The notes beneath the pieces are model-generated. The model saw nothing but the letters and a program-made list of their open reading frames with translations, did no database searches and had not been told where the DNA came from. The position numbers and the translations under genes were made by a program. From Hyaloraphidium curvatum SAG 235-1 (lineage: Eukaryota; Fungi; Monoblepharomycota), in contig JAIVFI010000011.1 in the NCBI GenBank assembly GCA_025558095.1, forward strand, positions 682,001 to 746,000: DNA of 64,000 bases, given 5' to 3'. This document shows positions 35,788-48,102 of this stretch, piece by piece. Position 1 is the first letter of the stretch. Each line of letters opens with the position of its first letter.

Positions 35788-38693
35788 CACATGCTCTCCG
35801 ACTGGAATTGCCATCTATTCGATCGAAGCATCTTACTCTCCGTCACCCTGGCACGTTTAGATTCTGCACCGCTCTCTTCTGTGTCCACATCACTCATGGC
35901 CGGCCGTTTTGCTGCGGAGCCAGACGCGCCAGGGGCTGGATTCTCAAGCTGTGCGACCTTGATATCGTGTAGCCACTTGCGCACACGCCTCAGCGTTGCA
36001 TACCAGGTCCCTGCCACAATGCTGCTTATGCCCTCAGTGCGGAACTTCTCAAGCAGAGGCTCAATCTCCTTCTTTCTCCGACGCGATGTTTCCATGCTCC
36101 TCCTTTGATCCAGCTCAAGCACCTGCTTGTAGGTTGCTTCAGTAATCTCCGTGTAGCTCACGTCCCATTCATGTTCTTTCTTTCGCCTTTCAAGGGTCCC
36201 TGTGGTCTGGCTCCCTGTTTCTTCCGGCAGTTCAGTGACGAAACTTCCTGTTTCTTCTGGCAGATCTGCTTCCATGGGTGTTTCCTCGTGCTGTTGTGCC
36301 TTTTCCGTCAGCTTTTGAATATCAGCCAAGCAGAGCTGGATCTGCTTCTCCAGCTCAGCTCTGAGCTGATCATCCTCGCACAACTGAAGCTTTTGTTCCA
36401 GCTCATTTTTGAGACGGTCAAGCCTCCTGACATTTGCAACGGGCAAGCTCTTTATGTACTCCTTGATCCGTTTCTTGAAATGCTCCTTCTTTGTACCATG
36501 GCACGGAATTTGAGCAACGGCCCAACAGTATTCACGCAACATTGCTTTTGTCAGTCCACGAAAATCCAAAGTCTCGATTCTCTGGATATGACTCCTATCA
36601 ATAATGTCGGTATTGTAGCCATAATCAACCTCATCTTCAGGCACAAAGAGGTCGTCATTGATCTCCCCATTGATGACTAGAGGTGGCAACCCTAGGGATT
36701 CCAAGACAAATCCAAGCAAGCGTTCATGCCTTTGCTGAAACTGCTCCTTTCCAAAAGCAGGCTCATGGCGTCGACTACTGAGCTGTTGTACAGTGTGGAA
36801 CTTGGAATTGGCATAGACCCGCAAGACCTTCTCTACGAAAGGCAAGTTTCTTGCAGAGGAGTTGAGACTAGCTTCAAGTGGTGCTAGGTTGCCCAAGCGA
36901 TGAAGAGGTTCACCAGAGGCCCGATCACTGGTGGTGAAGAACAAGCGGTTCTCATCATCATCATTGGCCTGGGACCAAATATGCTCGACACTCCAATCCT
37001 TTCGGAAGATTGCATCAACATACAGCCGCGTTTTCATTCCAGAAAGATGTGCATCTTCCTCCAGACTGTTGGCCCGCATCACAACATAACGCATGGCAAC
37101 CTCTTTCATGCCCTTCGGCCCGTAGAGTGAAGCATTGAGAGCCCAACTGAGGTCCTTCTCTTCCTTTGAGGATAGTTCCAGGTCCTCCATATTTGGACTC
37201 AAAATCTCAAGGGCCCAAGCACAGACAAGAGCTTTCTGCATCCTGGTCTGAATATACTCCTTTGAGCTGTTACCTCCAGGGAAGAGATAGGCATGAAGGA
37301 GGATCTTCTCAAGAGCACGAAGTGCGCGTACCACCAATTCTGTTGTCTTGCTATCAGCGTAAAACAATGCATCAGAATCACCAGGCACTTCGTCTGCATC
37401 CAGCTTTATCAAGATAGCAAACACCACTGCTTGCCACAGGACAGCTTTGCCCCGAACTTCCGGTGCTGTAGCCATGTCCTGCAGCAGCAAGAGCCTTGCA
37501 AGAGCTCCATCAATGCTGCCCACAATTGAGGTTTCCGTCCTGGGAATGGCAATCAAGCGCTTGGCGATAGAGAAGATGCGACGGAAGAAATCAGCAAGGC
37601 CCTGCACTGCTGCTGCCCTCTCATCTGGTTGACATCCCATGGGACTGGGGGCTTCATAGACATGAAGTTACGAGCCCAGCAATGCTGGCAGGATTGAGCG
37701 ACATCTTCATGCACCATGCACGAGCAGCAGCCAACATCGTCTCGTCCTTCATGTCGCCCAAAGAAACCTCATCAGTTACCCATTGGCCCTCAAGCAGGTC
37801 CGCATCCTCAGCCAGATCAGGATCACCAAACTTCCTGAGTTCTGAAGTGATCTTCCACTTGAGCATCGACGAGGCATCCAGAGCCTCCCCAGGAGTGTTG
37901 ACAACACCAAACACACGGAGTGCAACGTTTTCGTTTCGAGAAATCATCTGGATCGCCAGGTCACACGTGCCCAGAGCATCATGGGGCAAAACCCATACAT
38001 TTACACATACGACGGATTCCAGAAGATACTCTGCAAACGGGAACGACGATTGACTATAATGACTGCCCTCGAATAGATCGTTCAGTTTGGATTGAACTGC
38101 TCGACAGATATGCGCAAACTTAGACTTGTCCTCATTCAGGGCTGGCCTTGTAGTTTCTAAAGCCAGTTTGCCCCAGTTTTTCTGCATGGGTGACAGTGTT
38201 AATGCCGAGAAGTCGGAGTTGTTTGCTTCACTAGTACCAGTGCGTGGGCGTCGTTCTTCCGCTGCAGTAGTCTTGGTTTCGGCCTGGTTTGAACAGTCCG
38301 GAGCACCTTGCAGAGAGTTTGCACCCATGAATCCCGATTATAGGGGACGAAGAACTGTTCCGCAGCAATGATTCGCAGAAGCGCGGCGGCCACGATAGAC
38401 ATGGTTGTGAATCGCTGCTGCCCGTCCACAATGCCTGCCTCCGTCGTGTTTTTCGTCAACAAGACGACTGTGCCGATGAAATACTGCTCATTCGCACGAA
38501 AACTCTTCCACAAGTCGACGACAAGGTCCAGAACCCGATCCAGTCCCCACACGTACGGCCGCTGGTATTCTGGAATCGTGAGCTGACCGTAGTCTTTGAT
38601 AAGTTCGTCGGGCAGGCCAAGGATTGGTGAGGTGGAAGTTTCGATGTCAAGCGATTGGCCCCGTTTGGGAGCAGGATTCGCTTCCGCTGCCAT
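35700..38693 (-). CDS. GmrSD/SspE-like DUF262 + DUF1524 (HNH) nuclease with SAP-like domain and NLS-like tail; spliced; 3' end and third junction uncertain
   Basis: IPEYQRPYVW, YFIGTVVL, IVDGQQRFTT, FGVVNTPG (FxxxN), SVEHIWSQ, RLGNLAPLEASLNSSARNLPFVEK; introns at 38182-38237 and 37948-37998. Confidence 0.88.
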
Positions 38694-38908
38694 CGCTTCG
38701 TGTGGGGGACCGAGTGTCTCGGCGCGGCGTGACCGTGACCCCGCGTGATGCTCTGTCCCGACTGCGTGCGCCCCATAAACTGCATCCGAGTTCGTCGGGC
38801 TTTCAAAATGCACCGTTGCACGCGTCAATTATTCGCTGCAATCCGTTCAATCGTTAGAGCATCAAAGCGGGGTATTACAAGTTGCCTATAGATCCCTCCA
38901 CACCCGGA

Positions 38909-41504
38909 TCAAAGCAAGCAGTCGTTGACCAGGTTCACGAACGACGCCGCCGCCACGCCCTGCCGCACCGTCTCGTCCAGGCACACGGACGTCTGCCGGT
39001 ACACGACCTCGAGCGAGGAAAGAGGGGGCTTCCCTTGCACCGCTGTGCGCAACACCATCAGTATCTGAGGCGTCAATAAGGGCGACGGACAACCAACCGA
39101 GAATGACGCCGTTGACCATGTTGGCGACGGGTTCCCGCGCCGCGGGCTGCAAAAGGTGCGCCAGCGGGCTCTTGAACGGGTCGCTGTACGCCAGCAAGGA
39201 AAAGCACTCCTGCGGCCGCGTGAGCTCCACTTCCACGATCTCCGACAAGCAATCGCACCTGCAACGCCGTGCGGAACGGCTCCCTCTCCTCCGCCCCATA
39301 CTCGTTCTGCAGCTCCTGCCCGTACGCCATGACCGTCGCCAGCAGATCCTCCTCCGGCTCTTTCCGCCTCCGCCGCGGCGTGCCCTGCGCCGAACGCGTG
39401 GACCCCACCATCCCCCCGTTCCGTAGCCGCGCCCTGCCCGACGACGCATCCACCTCCATCGCGTCCCCGTCCGAATCCATCGCCTCGTCCGAGTCGTCCG
39501 CCGGCCCGGGGCGCGCGGGGGTCGACAGCGCCATCCTGTCGTCGTCCGCGCGGCCACGCCGCGGCGTGGAAGGGGGCTGCTTGCCCCGCGCGGGGGTCTG
39601 CGGCTCCGCCAGGGCCGAGGCGCGCTGGGCCATCAGTCCGACCGTGTCGACGAAGCGGCGGACCTTGAGGTAGAAGGCCACGGGGGGGATTGCGAGGTCC
39701 TGCGGGCTCCCGGGGATGCGCGAGGCTTTGGAGACCATGGCGAGGGGAACGGGGTGCGAGAGGACGGTGGGGTGCAGCCGGTCCAGCATCTCGATGGCCT
39801 TGTCGATCGAGCCGTCCATGATAAAGTCCCGGATTTCTGCGACGCGGCGTCATGAGCACGTTCGACGTTCACTGGCCCACAGGATGAACCCACTCTGCCT
39901 GTTCTTGATCTCCTTGTTCATCAGGCTCGCCGACACCCACGCCTCGTTCCTCAACCCGCCCCGGCTGGCCATGCTCGCCGCGTCCCGCGGCTCCTCCTCC
40001 ATCTCCACGTCGTCCGCCCTCGCCGCGGCGCCGAGCGCTCCGTGCGCGAACGCCTCGGCGGTCTCTGTGTACCCCTGGTGGATGAGGTACGAGAGCACGA
40101 GGTCGTTGAGCACGTTGCGCGCGGCCTTGGGATGTCGCGGGTCAGAGTGGCCGTTGGTAGCGGGTTGCGAGAGGTCGAGCTGGGAGGATTGCTGGGAGTC
40201 GGGCGGCTGGGTCGAGGCGGCGGAGTTGAGGCGCTGCAGCGCAGGCGCCGGGGTCGTGGGGGCCGAAGGCGAAGCAACGGACAGCGGCAGGGGTATCTGG
40301 TGGATCTGCGAAAAGATCCGAGCCTTCGTTTCCTGCCCAAAATCGTGAGCGGAGGACACCTTCACCGAGCAAGCGACCCACCTTGAAGTACCCGTCGATG
40401 TCGAACCGGAACGGCCTGTGCCCAAAGTTGGCCTCCACCACCTCCCCCGGCGTCCGCAGCCCGACGGACGGGTACAGCAGCATCCCGAACGGCGCCGCCC
40501 CGGGCATCAACCCGCCCCTCATGCCCGACGGCGGCTCCTGCCGCATGTCCCGGAACGCGACGCCGAGGAACTTGCCGTTCTTGGTGAAGAACGCGGACCA
40601 GTTGCCCTCGGCAAAGTTGACGCCGCACCCGATCACGTCGCCCGTGGTGAAGGTCGGGCCGTAGGGCTTGCCCGTGCCGTAGCAGGCGAACGAGTTGCCG
40701 TCGTCGCCGTGGTAGCCCCACGAGCCCGGTTCCCAGCCCGGCAGGCGGTTCGTGGAGACACCTGCGTGCGAGAAGCCGATGCCGATGTAGCCGTCGCGGC
40801 CCTTGGAGACGATGTCGACCTCGAAGTAGTAGAGGCCGCACGAGGGGGGGACGGGGTGGTTGGCGCGCACGGCGGCCGCGTCGCTGTCGTTCTTGCCCGT
40901 TCCTGGAACACGGGATTGGCCTCCAACGCCGCCAAGGACGGAGCCCGGAATCACCGTTGTAGTTGACCGTGAGTCCCCCGTTCGCCAGCTGCAGCAGCGA
41001 GCACTTGTCCTTGGAATTCCACGCCGACGGCAACGGCACCGACGCGACCTGCGCCTCCGGCCCGGCAGAGGGCGCCGGCAGCCGCACCGCAAACTTCGGG
41101 CGTTCCGCCGGCCCGTCCTGCGGGGCGGCCCGCAGCGCGACGCCGACGGGGGTGTCGCGCAGGTACGACGGGATGCCGGGCGGGCCGGGCGGCACGTGCG
41201 ACGCGCGGCTCGGCGACGGCAGCGACGGCTCGGCGACCATCTCGTCGTCGTCGGGCGGCGTGCGGCCTGCCCCGCGGACGGCGAGGGACACCGGTCACGT
41301 GTTTGCGCGGGCACAGGCGGGCATTCCCGTGTTTCCGGTTCCGAGGCATTCAAGAGCAGTCAGAGAGGTGCGAATGGCGGCGCAGTTTGCCTCACCGCTC
41401 GCGGCGTCGGCGTACGTCTGCGGGTCGCGCGGGGGGGCCGCGCTGGACGGACCCGCCGTCGCGGTGCCCGTCGACCGCCGGCCCGGCGTGGACGCGTTCG
41501 TCAT
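38909..41504 (-). CDS. RanBP9/10-like CTLH/GID ubiquitin-ligase subunit (SPRY-LisH-CTLH-CRA)
   Basis: [86 protein letters not shown]. Confidence 0.9.
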
Positions 41505-41776
41505 GGCGACGCGACTCCGCGCTCGGAGGCGGCGACAGAGGAGGGAGTGGGGTGCGGCGGAGGGAGGAGATTCGAGGTCACGCTGCGCGGGTGGCGAATG
41601 GCGAGCTGCGGCGGCGGTGGATGACAGGAACAGTCATCGCTCCCACTTCTCCGAGGCCCAAACTCCCAACAGTCGCTGAGGAAGAGTTAGGAGGCAGACA
41701 CGATAGCAGGGAGCAACGCGAACGGAAGCTGCCAATGTCTGGGATCGGATGTATAGCCCCCCTACACCGCGCCGCC

Positions 41777-43569
41777 TCAACCGGCGTGCGTCTTGGTCAT
41801 GAGCAGCCTGATCATCTCCCCGCTCACCCGGTTTGCCTCGTTCAGCCTCTCCCCGAAAAACTCGGCCGCCCCCTCGAACCGTTGCCGGTACCCCTCCTGG
41901 TCCCCCGACTCGATGATCTGCACCCAGCCCTGCGCGGCGATGCAGAATTCGAGGTCGTCCGCGCGGATGGAGCGGAACTGCAGCGCGGCGTTGATGGCGT
42001 CCGTGAGGAGGGCGGGGGTGCGGAAGACGTACTCGGTGATGCCGAGCAGGATTCTGGCAGGGGGAGGATCGGGTCAGCGCGGCTTGTGCGCGCATGCACG
42101 GGCGAGCAGACCGGAAAATGGGGGTCTGGCAGATCATGTGGTCGTACGGGTTGGCCCCCGTGAGGTACCAGCAGTCCGCCATGGCCAGCAGCGACAGGTG
42201 CGAGTTGGGCGTCCTCGCGTCCTTGGGTATCGCCGACAGGCTGAACTGCTCCAGCAGATCGTCCGAAAGCAGAAACGGCTCCGTCCGGCCCCCGAATATC
42301 GCCTCCCCCGCCGTCCGTATCCGCCTCTCGAACTCGTCCCGCTGTTCCGTGACCATGAGCTTGTACAGGTGCGTGGCCGACTGCGCGTACTGCCGGATCT
42401 GCTTGCGCGCGCTGGGGTTCATCATCGCCAGGCCGGCGTAGACGTGCCATTTGGCCGAGATGATGCGGAGGGAGATGAGGATCTTGACGTTCTCGATGCC
42501 GCCGACGTAGGACGGGTTCTCCCACTGGGAACCGCGCGGCGGCGGGTTAGCCCCCAACCATTCCTCGCCCCGCCGCGGCAGCCCCACCGGAAAAGTGCCC
42601 ATCACCCTCCACGTGTGCACCATGCTGAGGAAAGCCAGGTGGGTCACGGCCTGGGTGTCGGCCGTGATGCGGTCGTGGTCGAGGTAGCTCGGCAGGCAGA
42701 CAAAGTCGCTGTGAAGGCACGAGAGGATGTGCTTCACGGTGCGGAAGCGGGCGTCGTCGGAGCGGTGCCGGATGAGGACGAGGGGCTGGCCTGTGGTGTC
42801 GACGCTAGGAAGTCGGGCGGGGGGTCAGCTTGCCCGCCAACGGGGGGCCGGCCGGGACTGACTTGGGGCCGTGGAGGGAGTGGCAGGTGACGATGGCAAC
42901 GTCCGGAGGGAGATGCTTCTCGAACGCCTTGATCTCGGGCTCCTTGACCGATGTCTGGCCCCCAACGACGGCGTTGAGCTTGGTCGCTGCCCGGCCCCGT
43001 CAGCCCAGCCACCACGGCGCTCGCAATGCCCCTTCCCACATGGTCCGTAGGCCTCCACCACCGCGTCAATGTTCTTGGCCTCCACCGAGTAGAAGATGAC
43101 GTCGCTCCGGCGCGAGACCAGGTGGCCGTCCTGCAGCACCTCGATGCCCGTCCCTGCCGCCGCGGAAACAGTCTGAGCCCCCAACCAACCATCCCGGCAT
43201 GCCGAAAGCACCTTCAAAATCCTTCTTCAGCTGCTCGTACTTGGACGGCACGTCGCACACGTTGATGCTGCGGGGAAGAACCGCAGTTGGAACGCGTAGG
43301 GGGCGTTCAGACGATTCAACACTCGCTTCTTCCAGCCGGCCTTCCGGAACCGCGTGGCATACAGCCGCCCCATGTCGCCTGGCGCGCGAATGGGGCCATA
43401 CCATTGGGGAAACGCGTGGGAAAGGGGGAAGGGAGAGGCGTCACCCGGAGCGGGCACGGGCGGCCAGAGAGGGCGTACCCATGCCGATGAGGCCGATCTG
43501 GACGGTCTCCTTGGCCGACTCGTCATAGGCATCGCCCGCAGGCTCCTCCTTCTCCTTCCCCTTCGACAT
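41777..43569 (-). CDS. TYR1: Prephenate dehydrogenase (fungal Tyr1 type), multi-exon
   Basis: IGLIGMGDMGRLY, DGHLVSRRSD, GGQTSVKEPE, CHSLHGP, HDRITADTQAVTHLAFLSM, KWHVYAGLA, PNSHLSLL. Confidence 0.94.
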
Positions 43570-43679
43570 CCCCGTCTCGAATGCAGAAAGTGTCCTGGGG
43601 ATGAAGTCCCTTCCCCGCGTTGAGGTACCGTCAACGGCTTCCATGGGCTCTCGAAGACCAGCGCGATAGGCCGACTGAG

Positions 43680-44600
43680 ATGAGGGACGCGGCGGACGAT
43701 GCCGAGCCCTCCCCGCCGGCCGAGGCGTCGCCGTTCGTCTTCCTGCGCGACGTCGACTGCGCGGCGCTCGCGCGGCCGCACCTCACCGCCGACCGCGACG
43801 TCCTCGCGCTGCACGGCATCGCGCACCTCTTCGACACGCACGTGCGGCCGTACCTGCCGCCGCGGGCAGCCTCGCCGGGGGCCGCCGGGGAGCCGGCCAG
43901 GCTGAAGCTGGTGTTCAGGCAGGACTCGGCGGGCAAGATCGCGTCGTCGCGCAAGCCGGACGAGCCGCGGGAGATGGAGCCGACATACAAGGACTACCTG
44001 CCAGACATCACCTGTGGGTGGCCGACGGGGGGCTCCGGAGGCCCGTTCGGCTGACTGGAATCGTCCATTCTTGCTTGCCTCCCTCCCGTCCTGGCCCCCT
44101 TGTGTGCTCCCGCGTTCAGTCCCACCCGACCTCGCTCCGTCGACGAACCTCGAGTACCTCGCCTTCCACCCCAACCCCAACCTCCCGCCCACGATTGCCC
44201 CCGTGGACGACGCCTTCCTCCGCGCCTTCCGCCTCGAGCCCGGCAAGATCTCCCCCGAGGAATTCGACGGCTCCATCCTCGGCGTCGCCCCCCCAACCGC
44301 CGGCGCCCCAAAGCCGGAGAAGAAGCCCGCGCCGCCCCCCACCGTTCCGACGGGCACGCTCAAGATCAAGCTGACCAAGCTGGGCTCCTCGACCCCCGGG
44401 ACGCCGTCGTCGTACGTGGCGTCGCCGGTGAGCAAGCCGGCGGCGGGGAACGTGGCGCCCGAGTACAACCCGGGGACGCCGACGGGTGGAACGACGATCC
44501 GGCTGACGGTGGGCGACAGGAGCAAGCTGGCCAAGGTGGGCTCGCGTGGCGGGCCACCGCGATGCGCTTTTCCTGATCTTCTCCCGGGTTCCAGAAGTGA
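43680..44600 (+). CDS. MED19: Mediator subunit 19 (Rox3)-like
   Basis: PHLTADRDVLALHGIAHLFD, PTYKDYLPDI, LRAFRLEPG. Confidence 0.6.
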
Positions 44601-44914
44601 GTTATTGGTTTTGGAGCGGTCGTCGCATGGAAGGGCGGCCGCGATGGCCGGGGAGCGTGGTGGGAGAGGCGCTGATCGCATGGCCGGAAGCGCGAGCGGG
44701 AAACGATCCGATACCTAGCATCGTGGCACGATGTACTGATCTGGCAGATACCAGATGATCTGGCTCGTGAGATCTGCGAGGTTGACGATGGGTCCGGGGA
44801 GAGACCGCCCTAGTCAAAGCGCGGGCGAACGAAAACGACGCGCTTCCTTCACACTTTCCTCCCCCCCCACCCCCGTCCTTCTCGGCCTACGCGGGCCGGC
44901 CCGGCGCGTCCAAA

Positions 44915-46974
44915 ATGAACGGGCAGCTGATCCAGGACGAGTACGGGCGGCCGTTTATCCTGCTGCGCGAGCAGGGCCGGAAGAAGAGGCTGCAGGGCCT
45001 CGCGGCGATGAAGGTCGGCATCCCCGGCGGCGCGGCGGCGCCGGCACGCCTGCGCCGCGCGATTGGCGCGGGCCCTTTTGAATGCGGCGCTGACGGGTCC
45101 CCCGGCGCCCTCTCCGTGCCCCTCGCCCCGCGGAACCCCCTTTCCACCCCCGGTCGCAGTCGCACATCCTGGCCGCCCGCACCGTCACCAACATCGTGCG
45201 CACATCGCTGGGCCCCAAGGGCCTCGACAAGATCCTCGTGTCGCCCGACGGCGAGATCACCGTGACCAATGACGGCGCGACGATCCTCTCCCAGATGGAG
45301 GTCGAGCACCAGATCGCGAAGCTGCTGGTGCAGCTGTCCAAGAGCCAGGACGACGAGATCGGGGACGGGACCACGGGCGTCGTCGGTCGGTTTTTCGCCG
45401 CCAGGAAGCCGGGGGTGCGGGCTGACGCGCGCGTTCCGCGGGGCAGTGCTGGCGGGCGCGCTGCTCGAGCAGGCCGAGGACCTGCTGGACCGCGGCGTGC
45501 ACCCGATCCGCATCGCGGACGGATTCGATGCCGCGTGCCAGTTTGCGGTCAAGCACCTGGACAAGATCGCCGACACCATCGAGTTCTCCAAGGAGAGCAG
45601 CGAGGTGCTCTTCAAGACCGCAAAGACCAGCCTGGGCTCCAAGATGTGGGTTTCCGACCGTGGCCAGCTGCTTGAGCGTCATCTCACAGGCTTTGTCGCC
45701 CGGCACAGCGTGTCCAAGTGCCACGACCTGTTCGCCAAGATGGCCGTGGACGCTGTACTCGCCGTCGCCGACCTGGAGCGGAAGGACGTCGACTTCGAGC
45801 TGATCAAGGTCGACGGCAAAGTCGGCGGCTCGCTCGAGGATTCGATGCTCGTGCACGGCGTCGTGGTGGACAAGGACTTCTCGCACCCGCAGATGCCCAA
45901 GGAGCTCCACGACGTCAAGCTCGCCATCCTCACCTGCCCGTTCGAACCCCCGAAGCCCAAGACCAAGCACAAGCTCGACATCACCTCGGTGGAGGAGTAC
46001 AAGAGGCTGCAGGAGTACGAGAAGGAGAAGTTCACCGAGATGGTGCAGCACGTCAAGGACTCGGGGGCCAACCTCGTCATCTGCCAGTGGGGATTCGACG
46101 ACGAGGCGAATCACCTGCTGCTGCAGAACCAGCTGCCCGCGATCCGATGGGTCGGAGGTCCCGAGATCGAGGTGGGCGGCTCCCGACTGGGGCGCCCGCG
46201 TCGCTGGTCTGATGGAGCGCTTTGTCAGCTCATCGCGATCGCCACCAACGGCCGCATCGTCCCCCGCTTCGAGGAGCTTTCCGCCGCTAAGCTCGGCGCG
46301 GCCGGCCTGGTCCGGGAGCTCAGCTTCGGCACGACCAAGGACAGCATGATCGTCATTGAGGAGTGCGCCAACTCGCGCGCCGTGACAATCTTCATCCGCG
46401 GCGGCAACAAGATGATCATCGACGAGGCCAAGCGCAGCATCCACGACGCCCTGTGCGTGGTCCGCAACCTCGTCCGCGAGAACAGGATCGTGTACGGCGG
46501 CGGCGCCGCCGAGATCGCGTGCTCCCTTGCCATCTCCAAGGCCGCGGACTCCATCTCGACCGTGGAGCAGTACGCGTGGAGGGCGTTTGCGGGGGCGCTG
46601 GACACAGTGCCGCTGACGCTGGCGGAGAACTCGGGGCTGTCGCCCATCGAGACGCTGGCGGAGGTCAAGTCGAAGCAGGTGGTGGAGGACAACACGAGGC
46701 TGGGGATCGACTGCATGCTCAAGGGGAGCAATGGTAGGCCGGGTTGCCGTTCTCGCACATCGAGTGGTCGATCTGATTCCCTTTCAAGACATGAGGGAGC
46801 AGTTTGTGTTTGACCCGCTCATTTCCAAGCGGCAGCAGTTCCTCCTGGCGACGCAGCTGGTCAAGCTGATCCTCAAGGTTCGTTGTCTCTTTGTGGCCCC
46901 TTCGACGACCGGCTCAATCGTGTACTCCCCAGATCGACGACGTGATCAGCCCAGCGGACATAGACCAGAACTGA
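44915..46974 (+). CDS. CCT5: T-complex protein 1 subunit epsilon
   Basis: [62 protein letters not shown]. Confidence 0.97.
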
Positions 46975-47067
46975 GCTCGGCTCTTGGAGGAGAAAAACTA
47001 GTACCCGATCCCTGCGATACCTGCGCCACTGTAACTGCGGCACATAGATTCTATTGGCTCGCGAACG

Positions 47068-47724
47068 CTACGCCGCCTCGAACGTCCTAGCCATGATCGT
47101 CATCCCGTCTGGAAGATCGAACGGCCGCTTGCCGTCGACGTCGAGGTCCCGGTACACGATTTCGCCCCAGCGCTCGAAGCCGTGCTTGGCGAACAGCGCC
47201 GTGGATTTTGGCGACGTGCAGAGCGCCCACGCCAACGGGAACCCGGCCTCCTTTACAGAGTCCACGCACTGAACGAGCAGTTTTTGAGCGACTCCTCTCC
47301 GCTGGCTGCCCGTTGCGGTCGCCAGGAAAGACACGTAGGCGCTCCTCGTGTCCAGTGGCAGGCCCCTTTCCTTCAGCGCCGCGTGGAACGTGTCCCCGCC
47401 CGCCCTCATTATCGAGACGATCGCGTGGAGGGCTTTATCAGGTCCGTCGTAGGTGTCGAAGACTTCCTGGTGCCAGTCCTCCTGGAGCAAGAGCACGCCC
47501 AGCACCTCCCCGCCCGGCCCCAGCGCGACAAGCGACGGCGGTTGCTTGCCGAGGAGCGACGGAACGTGGTCCTCGATCAAATATTCGCGCAGATCGAACG
47601 GTCCCCGCTGGAGGACGCGCGCCCAGGAATACTTCTCGTCCGCGTCGAACGCGTCGCAGGTCACGTCGACGGCGGGGATCGCGGTCGACGCGTCCAGGGG
47701 AACGATGCGGAAGGAGTCGGCCAT
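47068..47724 (-). CDS. GNAT-family N-acetyltransferase, intronless
   Basis: Acetyl-CoA motif YVSFLATATGSQRRGVAQKL; TSPKSTALFAKHGF. Confidence 0.85.
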   Translation of the reverse strand: MADSFRIVPLDASTAIPAVDVTCDAFDADEKYSWARVLQRGPFDLREYLIEDHVPSLLGKQPPSLVALGPGGEVLGVLLLQEDWHQEVFDTYDGPDKALHAIVSIMRAGGDTFHAALKERGLPLDTRSAYVSFLATATGSQRRGVAQKLLVQCVDSVKEAGFPLAWALCTSPKSTALFAKHGFERWGEIVYRDLDVDGKRPFDLPDGMTIMARTFEAA

Positions 47725-48102
47725 CCGGTGCGCCCGAACGGAGTGCAGCAGGCGGGCGAGCCGTTGTAGCGACGCGATCGGCCGGGAGCGATCAGCCACC
47801 ACCTCTGAGCTTGATGCTGCTAGCTCATCCGCAATGGCTTGTCGGCCCTTTCATCAGGCGTACCCGAGAACCTGATGCATACGACGATATCTGTGTTTCC
47901 TAAGCTGGGATACAACTTGACCCGTTGCGCTGACCGATCTCCGCGTCTTCCGCCACATCCGCGATCCGACACACACACTTCGGGTTCACCAACTCTACTT
48001 CCCTACCACTTGTTCCTTAAGGCTAAGGTTAGGCAGGAGCTGGATCCCCGGTCAGTCGGCGACGCACTGATTGGATGCTCCGCGGAACAGGTCTCGCACG
48101 CT

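Noticed and set aside
35700-38693. Bacterial contamination or chimeric contig
   Set aside because: GT-AG introns restore the domain, the tail is eukaryote-like and there are no operon neighbours (read support still unchecked)
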